From assembly GCA_964187785.1 (NCBI GenBank), contig CAXLNC010000052.1, forward strand, positions 62,001 through 126,000: a stretch of DNA of 64,000 nucleotides, read 5' to 3'. The notes below the pieces were generated by a model that was not told the DNA's origin, ran no database searches, and saw only the letters and a list, made by a program, of their open reading frames with translations. The translations under genes and the position numbers were made by a program. This stretch comes from Amphiscolops sp. MND2022. Taxonomy: Eukaryota. Shown one piece after another: positions 13,461 to 23,527 of this stretch (the stretch's first letter is position 1; each line of letters begins with the position of its first letter).

Positions 13461-15554
13461 TCTAGCTAATTTGTGCATGCTAACAAACAAGTGGCTGACA
13501 AGTTGTTTGGAACTACAAATGCAAGTTCAATTTCCAACTCCCAATCAAAGAAATTCTCCAAAATCATAACAGACATTCAATTGTATTCTTAGAAAAGCAA
13601 GGACTATGAAATTACAGATACAAGTGGAGACCACAACAAGTTGAACAATTACTACTTTCAGATGGAGATTCAACACCGCATCAAATGCCAGAGCGTTTCA
13701 AATTTTTGGTATCCCTGATGTCATCTAGCCCTCCCCCCTCTTACCCTCCGACACAGTCTGTCCTTGTACACACACGTCACGGATAAGGATGTGGTGATGT
13801 GTTCCCCCCGCCCCTACCCCTTCCCCCGCTTTCATCCAAGGCACCGACCTTTGAGGGTTTTGGCCAGTGCCATGCGAACAGGGAGGGGTTAAGGGCGAGT
13901 TTGGTAATGGGAGCTGATTGCCCCTCCCTCCACCCCCCTTCCCCTGGCGCCTTTTCTCTTCGGGGCGGCACCAGAGGAAGGGGGGCCCTACGATGCCCTG
14001 ATCTTCCCCGCCCCCTCCCCCCACCTCTCCACATGCTCGCTCCTGGTGCGGCACGGCAATCCTGAGTGGAGAGGCGGAGGCGGGGGCGGGGGCAGAACCT
14101 AAAAAACCCCAATAGCACCTCCACACCGCCACCTGTATTGCTTGCCGGGCTCCACCATAAAAGGTTGGCGGAGAATGCGGCGAGCAACGCAGGTGGGGGA
14201 AGGGGTTTGGCCCGTTTGGGGAGTTTAGCCGTTCCCTACCCAACTCTACCCCCCTCCCCCCAAGGTATGCCCCCCTCGGATGTGAGGGCGGATGGTAAGC
14301 ACGGCCCTTGGAAGGAGGGGGGGTAGCGTTTGGCTAGGTAACGTAAGCAGGCCGAGGTTGTTGCCTCTGGCTCTGCTACCTAGACCCCTGTCAAAGGACA
14401 TCTGGAACTCAGGTGCAGGATGGCGAAGGCGGGGAGAAGGTCTGGGTGCCCACCATTCCGGTGGGCTGGGCTCGGGGCAGGTTTCGTTCCCGGGAGAGGG
14501 GTCTGGGTGCCCACCATTCTGGTGGGCTGGGATCGGGGCAGGTTTCGTCCCCTCCCCCGCCTGAGCGGATTGAGGGGACCACCAACCCTTATCTTCAAAA
14601 TGGTGCCTAAAAACCCTCCTACACAAAGAAACATGACCGGTTATTCTTTTTTTCAGAGCACTCGTTTTTTTTCAATCAAAAAAAATCCAACATTTCCAAA
14701 AACTGAATTATCAAAAAATCCTTTTTAGTAAAAAAGGTTTTGAAAATAATAGTTTTTCTTTCAAAAACTAGCTTCAAATATATTTTTTATTTTTGTCAAA
14801 AAAACAGTTTGTTTTGTTTTCAAAAAATATGTCTAATATTTCACCCTCTATTTTTCAAAATATTTTGAACAAATATTTTTCAACAAAAAAATCAAAAATC
14901 ATTTGTCCAAAGGAAACCAAAATCGCGAAGGAAACACCGGTCATAGTTCTTAGTTCAGAAGCGCTCTTGGGGGGGGGGGGGCTTGACCAAGTCGCTGTTG
15001 AGCGGAGGGAAGATGACACCCGATGCGATGATTCTTAAAATTGCACAGGCAAAATACCAAAAAAAAACCTCTGAACGCCAATCGCGCGATTCGAATTGCG
15101 ACCGAACATGAGCATCAAGAAAAACAACCTCTTACTGAGATAAGATCTTGGTTGTTTATCTTTAAATTATTATGAGAAATATTTTGTTGTGGAAACAGAA
15201 AAGATGAAGATGTTCCTCCTCCTCCTCCTCATCCTCCTCCTCCTCCTCTTTTTCCTTTGTTTATCTTTCCTCTTTTTGCTCATTCTCTCCTTCTCTCTCT
15301 CTCTCTCTTTTCTAGGCCCTTTTTTTTTGTTTCCTCCTCTCTTTTTTTCTCCTTTCTACTCCTTGTCTCCTTTTCTTTTCCTTTTTTTTCCTCATTTGCG
15401 ATTCATTGCCTCATCTTCATTCTCATTCTCTCAAGGGGGGGGGGTAAGGGGCTCAGGCACGCCGTTTTGGCTTTGTGCCCGAGACCCTCCTGTTAACCCC
15501 ACCCCCCCCCCTTGCTAAGGCGCCAAGGCCGCGACAACACACACGCGCGCGCGC

Positions 15555-15586
<32 letters not shown>

Positions 15587-16168
15587 GCAGAAACACGCGC
15601 ACACACACACACACAACACAGAAACAAACCCGAAACCCCCAAAATAAGGACAGAAACACATTGCATTTGGCAGCTGTAACGTGTTTGTTTCTGGGGTGTA
15701 TTTTTTGTAAACAACTCAAGACATTTGGAGCAAAAAACCACAACCCCCTCTTCCTTTAAAAAATCATTCCTGGATGTGAGGCAAAATTCTGAGAAATTGG
15801 CCTTCGCACACTGTGCAGCTACCTCCTGGATGCATCTGTCTTGGGAAGTGGTGGCTGCATTTCTGGAGTCCACATATACATCCCAACCAAGCGATACGTG
15901 CATAAATACACTATAGATAATTAATGTACATATATACATATATATATAGAGACTTTACTGATTACATATATATATATATGCATGTACATGCACATGTAGA
16001 TATCATTGAGCAACAACAAACGTGTAAGAATAAATTTACCTTAGCCGTCTTGAGGTTAAACCACACCATCGATCGCAAGAAAATGTATTCAGCTGGCGAT
16101 GCCCATTTGCTGTTGTGTTTGGGGGTCTGTTTGTTTTCGGGGTCTGTTTTCCACCGTTTTGACATTAT

Positions 16169-17762
16169 TCAGATCAGACTGTCTCTTTTCACGGGTTCCG
16201 AATCTTTAGGATAGAATGTCTGCTCCGCAAGCACAGATCAACTCTTCGGGCTGATGAGAGAGGTGAATATCTTCTCAAACAAGAGTGTGTTCTTCAGAAA
16301 AGGGGAACATTTGCCTTTGCAGAGACACCCGGCTACACCTCTTCTTGTCAAAGAGTGTATTCTTCACATCGGGGTGAACATTTGCCTTTGGAGAGATATC
16401 CGGCTACACCTCCTCTTCTCAAAGAAGACATCGCGCTGGTCCCCATAAACGAGCCACCTCGGTATTCAGATCAGACTGTCTCTTTTCACGGGTTCCGAAT
16501 CTTTAGGATAGAAAGTCTGCTCCGCAAGCACAGATCAACTCTTCGGGCTGATGAGAGAGGCGAATATCTTCTCAAACAAGAGCGTGTTCTTCAGAAAAGG
16601 GGAACATTTGCCTTTGCAGAGACACCCGGCTACACCTCTTCTTGTCAAAGAGTGTATTCTTCACATCGGGGGTGAACATGTGCCTTTGGAGAGATATCCG
16701 GCTACACCTCCTCTTCTCAAAGAAGAGCGTATTCTTCATAAAAGGGGTGAACATTTGCCTTTGTAGAGACATCCGGCTATCCTCCTCTTCTCAAAGAAAC
16801 GTGTATTCTTCATAAAAGGGGTGAACATTTGCCTTTGCTGAGACATCCGGCTACGCCTCTCTTCTCAAAGAAGAGTGCATTCTTCATAAAAGGGGTGAAC
16901 ATTTGTCTCTGCAGAGGACATCCGGCTGCACTTCCTCTTCTCGAAGAAGAGCGTTATTCTTCGTAAAAGGGGTGAATATTTGTCTCTGTAGAGACATCCG
17001 GCTAGACCTCTTCTTCTCAAAGAAGAGTGTCTTCTTCATAGAAGGGGTGAACATTTGTCTCTGCAGAGACATCCGGCCGCACCTCCTCTTCTCTGTACTC
17101 TTCGTAAAAGGGGTGAACACTTGCCTCTGTAGAGACACCCGGCTAGACCTCCTCTTCTCAAAGAAGACTGTATTCTTCATAAAAGGGGTGAACTTCTCAA
17201 AGAAGAGTGTATTCTTCATAAAAGGGGTGAACATTTGTCTCTGCAGAGACATCCGGCTGCACCTCCTCTTCTCAAAGAAGAGTGTATTCTTCATAAAAGG
17301 GTGTGAACATGTGCTTCTGTAGAGACATCCGGCTAGACCTCTTCTTCTCAAAGAAGAGTGTATTCTTCATAAAAGGGGGTGAACATTTGTCTCTGCAGAG
17401 ACATCGGCTGCAACTCCTCTTCTCAGGTAAGAGTGTATTCTTCATAAAAGGGGGTGAACATTTGACCTCCTCTTCTCAAAGAAAAGTGCATTCTTCATAA
17501 AAGGGTGTGAACATTTCTTCTCAAAGAAGAGTGTATTCTTCATAAAAGGGGTGAACATTTGCCTTTGTAGAGACATCCGGCTGCACCTCCTCTTCTCGAA
17601 GAAGAGTGTATTCTTCATAAAAGGGGTGTGAACATTTGTCTCTGCAGAGACATCCGGCTGCAACTCCTCTTCTCAGATGATAGTGTCTTCTTCATAAAAG
17701 GGGTGAACATTTGACCTCCTCTTCTCAAAGAAGAGTGTATTCTTCATAAAAGGGGTGAACAT
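16169..17762. repeat. 75-bp minisatellite preceded by a 300-bp higher-order duplication
   Basis: Unit AAGAGTGTATTCTTCATAAAAGGGGTGAACATTTGCCTTTGTAGAGACATCCGGCTACACCTCCTCTTCTCAAAG, many copies. 16169-16428 is repeated at 16466-16727. Confidence 0.95.
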
Positions 17763-18428
17763 TTGAGTAGAAATGACCTGAAACTTGTCCTGCCCCCGCG
17801 TTCTGCACTCTTTGATCGGCACATCCCCCGTGATCTGCATCTCCAAAAACGCGAAACGCTCTGGTGGGCTCTGGAAATGCCCGGCTAAAGCCGAAGCACT
17901 GTAAAAATAGGATTTTGACCGTTTTGAGGCTGAAGCCCTGGGACGCCCCACGGCGGCCTGAAAACGGCTCCGGACAGCATTCGACGATCAGCCGAACGGT
18001 CGCCGTTTGGGGGCCCGGCCGGAATCCCGTTTTTCCGGGATCAGCCTCCCTTCAGGATCAGTAGTAGTATATGGTACATAGAATATAGAAAAAAGATATA
18101 TTAAATAATGTAGTATAGAGTAAATAGTATGGTATATAGTGTATTGCACAGTATAGAGTGTATGACAGAGATGATCATACTGATGGTGAAGAGACTAATG
18201 ATGATGACGATGATGCTTAGGAGGAAGATTGTGGACGGGGGAAGAAGCGGGACCAAGAGAAGATGAGGGATATCGACAAGAAGATGCTGAAGACGAAAAA
18301 ACAATGAGAATGAGGACAAGCACGAAACACAGGAAGAAGTTCGCGAATAAAAGGCAGACTGATAACAAGAAGACACACATACTACCCAAAACAAGTAAGT
18401 GAAAAGAGCAAGGCGGAAAGATGAGGAC

Positions 18429-18466
18429 AAGAAGAAGAAGAAGAAGAAGAAGAAGAAGAAGAAGAA
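18429..18466. repeat. (GAA)n microsatellite in low-complexity sequence
   Basis: Directly visible. Confidence 0.95.
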
Positions 18467-19409
18467 ATACAAAAGCGACAAAAAAAGAAACATCAGACGA
18501 CGATGATCTTGTGAGCAGACAGATAATGTTCTTGCACGCGGATGGAAAGGCAGAACAAGCCATCGGTCATTTTCAGGCTCTAAGCCTAAAACTGCTGAAT
18601 TTTTAGTTTTAAAATGACCGGTTGGGAAGCAATATTCTGAATATCAATACCACTTCTTTTCAAATAAGATGTCTTTTAAAAAGGAACAAATGAAACTGTC
18701 AATCTTTTAAAATGTTGAACCTGGCATTGCTTTTTTCAAATAATCGGTCTCGAGTGATGGTGTTTGTAATTGTCGGTCTCAAATCATTCCTGATCTTGCA
18801 GTTTAAAGAGTCTGTCTAAAATCTTTGCCTTGCTTGTTTTAAATCGTCGGGCAAACAAATCTGGCCTTAAAAAACATCAATTTTAAAGTGTACCATTTTA
18901 AAATGTATGTCAGTAAAACCGTGTCTTTTTAGAGACTCAGACTAACATCCTCGGTTTTTAAAAAGTCCTAAAGCCTTTTGCAAAGAGTCCGAGTAAGATC
19001 CTGGCCTTGCCCTTTTTTAAAGAATCGTCTGTTTAAAATGCTGCATCGCTATTGGCCTTGTTTAAAAAACAATGATGGCAAGAATATATGTCGGCAAACA
19101 AAATTTGGAAGCAGAGGTACGTAAGCTCAATTTTATAAGTCTATTGAGCTTACTTATGGTTTGGGGTCCTGCAAAAAGGGGGTTCCGGACGTCGACTGGG
19201 CAAGAAAAATGGGCCAAAACGCTTTGTTTTTCGAGTGATGGGGGGGTTCCCGGGGGTGGTTCTTTTTCGCCGACTGGGGAATCTGACTGAGCAGAGCAGC
19301 AAAACGACCAGGTTAGGGAAACCTTAAAACTTTTTTTTGAATGAAAAAAAGGCCTCAAATCCCTATGGTTTTCTGCCTTTTTTTAAAATCTGAAATTTCG
19401 ATTTAAAGC

Positions 19410-21120
19410 TGCCAAGTTGATTTAAAATTTTGAAGCTGTTTTTTAAATGGTGCTATGTTTCAAGGGGGTTCCGGGGGTTCCGCTTTAAAACCTGTAAATT
19501 GGATTGAAATGACATGAGCATGAACGATTTAAAACTCGGCATTTAAAAGCACTCTTTAAAAGAGGCTTGCCTTTTAAATTTTTAAAATTGCAACCGTTTT
19601 AAATCCATGTTTTAATTGTTAAATCAGACCCTCCAATTTCTGTGCTTAAAAATGAGAAGCTCTCGCATTCAAGTTCTTACCAGAAAGTGGCTCAAAGAGG
19701 CTTCCGAGTCGCTTCCCAAGCGTCCTCTCAGAGAGGGCGTTTGGACAGGCAAGTTCTAGACTAAACGTGCTGCTTAAGTTTAAATGAACCTTGCTGTGAA
19801 AAGGCTCTTTTTAAAACATGACATCATAAAGTTTGATTGAATTTAAAGCTGTCAAGGGGCTTAAAATTCGCAAGCTGTTTTCTTTTTAATGGTGCTATGT
19901 TTCAGGGGGTGCCGGGGGGGTCCGCTTTGAAACTGAATTGACTTGACATGAGCATGAGCGATTTAAAGCTCGGCATTTAAAATGCATTCTTTTAAAAGAG
20001 GCTTGTCTTTTAAATTCTTCAAATTGCAACCATTTTAAATCCATGTTTTAAATCAGACCCTCCAATTTCTGTGTTTTGCTCAAAGAGGCTTCCGAGTGGC
20101 TTCCCAAGGGTCTTCTCAGAGAGGGAGTTTGGACAGGCAAGTTCTAAACGAAACGTGCTGTTCAAGTTTAAAGGGTTCCGCTTTAAAAGTGAATTGACTT
20201 GACATGAGCATGGACGATTTAAAGCTCGGCATTTGAAATGCACTCTTTGAAACGAGGCTTGCTTTTAAAATTTCAGAATTACAACCATTTAAATCCATGT
20301 CTTAAATCACACCCTCCAATTTATGTGCTTTAAAAGGAGAAGCTCTCGCATACAAGTTCTTACCAGAAAGTGGCTCAAAGAGGCTTCCAAGTGGCTTCCC
20401 AAGCGTCCTCTCAGAGAGGGAGTTGCTGTTTAAGTTTAAATGAGCCTTGCTGTGAAAAGGCTCTTTTTAAAATATGACATCATAAAGTTTGATTGAATTT
20501 AAAGCTGTCAAGGTGTTTTAAAATTTGCAAGCTGTTTTCCTTTAATGGTGCTATGTTTCAAGGGGTGCCGAGGGGTTCCGCTTTAAAACTGAATTGACTC
20601 GACATGAGCATGGATGATGAAAAAGCTCGGCATTTAAAATGCACTCTTTTAAACGAGGCTTGCCTTTTAAAATTCAAATTGCAGCCATTTTAAATCCATG
20701 TTTTAAATCACACCTTCCAATTTCTGTGTTTTAAACGGAGAAGTTCTCGCATTCAAGTTCTTACCAGAATGTGGCTCAAAGAGGCTTCCGAGTGGCCTCC
20801 CAAACGTCCTCGAGTTTGGACAGGCAAGTTCAAAACGAAACGTGCTATTTAAGTTTAAGTGAGCAGTGCTGTGAAAAGGCTCCTTTTTAAGATATGTTTT
20901 GTTTTTTAATGGTGCTATGTTTGAAGGGGTGCCGGGGGGGGGGTTCCGCTTTAAAACTGAATTGACTTGACATGAGCATGGACCATTTAAAACTCGGCAT
21001 TTAAAATGCACACTTTTAAACGAGGCTTGCCTTTTAAAATTTTAAATCGCGACCATTTCAAATCCATGTTTTAAATCACGCCCTGCAGTTACTGTGTTTT
21101 AAATGAGAAGTTCTCGCACT
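19410..21120. repeat. Second copy of the ~440-bp AT-rich array
   Basis: Same units as 4150-5880, inside duplication copy 2. Confidence 0.9.
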
Positions 21121-21679
21121 CAAGTTCTTACCTGGGGGTGGCTCGGAGGTGGCCTTCGAGCGGTCCCGCTCAGACAGGGAATCGGACAGGCAGTTTTAAA
21201 ACCAAACATGCTCTTTAGAATCCAAATGAACCTTGCATTTAAATGGCTCAGAAAACATGAGATGAACCTTGCGTTTCAAAGGATCATGTGGTCCGACTGA
21301 TCTAAATTGCAACCTTTTAAAAGGAAGCAGANNNNNNNNNNNNNNNNNNNNNNNNNNNNNNNNNNNNNNNNNNNNNNNNNNNNNNNNNNNNNNNNNNNNN
21401 NNNNNNNNNNNNNNNNNNNNNNNNNNNNNNNNNNNNNNNNNNNNNNNNNNNNNNNNNNNNNNNNNNNNNNNNNNNNNNNNNNNNNNNNNNNNNNNNNNNN
21501 NNNNNNNNNNNNNNNNNNNNNNNNNNNNNNNNNNNNNNNNNNNNNNNNNNNNNNNNNNNNNNNNNNNNNNNNNNNNNNNNNNNNNNNNNNNNNNNNNNNN
21601 NNNNNNNNNNNNNNNNNNNNGCTGCTCAGACTCGTGCATTTTTGATGGAGCCTGCGCGCACACACACGCACATCACTTG

Positions 21680-23037
21680 TCAGTCAAGACGGCAATTCAA
21701 AGTTTCTTTGCGGTGGCGGCGAATCTGGTACGTGTGCGGGAAGAAGCGCAACTGGTTAAGCTCGAAATTGGCATGGTCAAGGTCAGCTTTCAGCTTCTTG
21801 TTGGCTTTCTCTAACTTGGCAATCTTAGTGGCGAGTTCGAGTGGACTGGCGTACTCCACTCGACGCGCCTTTCCCCGCTCGACTCGCTTCATGACACCGG
21901 TGCGCTCCAGCAGCCTGACCTCATCTCTCAAGGCAGCCTTCCGCTTGTGCAAACACGTTGGGCACCTTGCTGCTCGCTTGCCCACGGCCTTCCCGCAATC
22001 TTGGCATTGCCCCAACCTTGAAGTGCTGACTTGCGCTTTATTGCAAGCTGCAGCCTCACAATCCTTGTTGCAACAGTAACCACGACCGCGTCCATGCAGG
22101 GCCTCTCCGCATCCATCGCACACACGTCTGGTGCTGATCCTTGCAGCACATGGGTCTCGCACGCACTTCTGTGGCTTCGGCAATGGCTTGCTCTGCCACC
22201 GCTTAATCTCTCGAGAGACCACAGTCTTGAGGCGGCTTGGGCGGACTGCTGGAAACTCGGCCCTGATAGTGCTGAGGATGGTTTTCTCGTTCCATCCTTC
22301 GTCATAACCGAGAATCTCTTGGATCCTCAAAGTATAGTCTGCAAAGACTGGCGGCTCCTCAGTGTTTGCAGCCAAATCAGGATCAGACCTGACATCGTCG
22401 TTGTCAGCTCGAGAGACAGCGGCCTCTTGGTGTCGCCTCTCTATAGCCGCTGGCATTTCGTCTTCACCTGCGAGAGTGGGTGTATCTTAGGGGGGGACAT
22501 GATCATTTGTGCGCTTTCTCATTGAAAGTCGATAAGATTTTCATAAGTCTTCCTCGGGTCACCTGCGGACACCGCTGAGTCTGAGCCCTTTGCTCGCACT
22601 CGCTGGACAAGGAGATCGTAGTGGTTCACTCCATTGTAGAGAAGATGTATGCAATGAGCATCCTCAGAAACGCTAGGATGCGTTGCTTGATACTTACGCT
22701 GTAGCTTCGTGTCATGGACAATGACTTGCCTGTTGGTCATCTTGGAGAACGCCACTATTACCATGTGGCCACCATACTTCTCTGGGTCTGCAGCGAGCTT
22801 ACTAGCTTCTTCTGACCACAAGCGCCCATCATCACCTTCGAGTGGTGCTTGATCCAACAGGTATTCAATGATAGCAGCACGCAGAGAAGCTGCCTGGCCA
22901 ACTGTGGGAACGGCTTCTGAGAGAGCATGGAAAAGGCATAGTCCATCGCCTGGCACGCGGAGAGTATCCATGTGGCCTGGCACTTCTGCTTCAGGTTCTG
23001 CCATCCGAGCGTCAACCCTGGACGAAATTTGGGACAT
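21680..23037 (-). CDS. Spliced gene: N-terminal OTU-like cysteine protease, then CxxC zinc-finger/ribbon motifs and a coiled coil. Exons 23037-22563 and 22467-21680; may continue into the N run.
   Basis: OTU catalytic motifs VPGDGLCLFHAL (D-x-x-C) and HLLYNGVNHYDLL (His). A 95-nt GT-AG intron (22468-22562, phase 1) joins ...SAVSA-G-EDEMPAA in frame. Downstream motifs are CDGC, CCNKDC, CQDC..CPTC and LATKIAKLEKANKKLKADL. Confidence 0.8.
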
Positions 23038-23527
23038 GTCAACAACTGCAACTGCAAGGAGGGGTGGGAGGTGCTTGAGCTAAGGGGCTGCGGCTGTCTC
23101 TAGAGTGGACTGATACATAGGAGAGATCTTCGCGTGTGCCGAGCCAAGGGAACATCAGCTCCACCATGAAGAAGGGAAGGCTGAACACCACACACACACA
23201 ACTGCACAGGAACGGATATGTGCAGCACATGCGCTCACAATCTGCAGCAGATAGATGTGTGAAGGGTCTACAAATGGGAGGGATGACAAAACTGAAGGAG
23301 GGCGATGTCTACGCACACCGAATCTCCACAAGGAAGAGCTTCTTTCCCACTGACTCTTGAGAGGTTGGTGGTCAGACTGATCACACAGGCACAGGCTCTT
23401 CACAATGCAATGAATCCTAAGCATGCCGACGCGAAGTACATTAAGACGAACTCTTATCAGACACACCTGCCCTTCAGAATAGAGCTACTACATCGCGCTG
23501 GTCCCCATAAACAAGCCACCTCAGTAT

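Larger units (their letters stand above)
8298..16165. mobile_element. 7.87-kb non-coding foldback (giant inverted-repeat) element with 3-bp TSD TAT
   Basis: Termini ATGTCAAAACGGTGGAAAACAGACCCCG / CGGGGTCTGTTTTCCACCGTTTTGACAT; TAT at 8295-8297 and 16166-16168. The arms are homologous block by block for ~3.7 kb. The uninterrupted junction CCACCTCGG-TAT-TCAGATCAG is present at ~16454-16474. Confidence 0.85.

Noticed and set aside
11211-13490. Long ORFs (207-223 aa) in the foldback arms
   Set aside because: They are translations of the GGGTCCATTCGATG subrepeats, overlap on both strands and have no domain motifs.
16169-17762. CRISPR-like regular repeats
   Set aside because: Units are contiguous near-copies with no unique spacers and no cas genes; this is a minisatellite.
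3866-19123. Calling the OTU-bearing unit a Helitron or Polinton
   Set aside because: No Rep/helicase, PolB, integrase or diagnostic termini found; OTU alone is not diagnostic.
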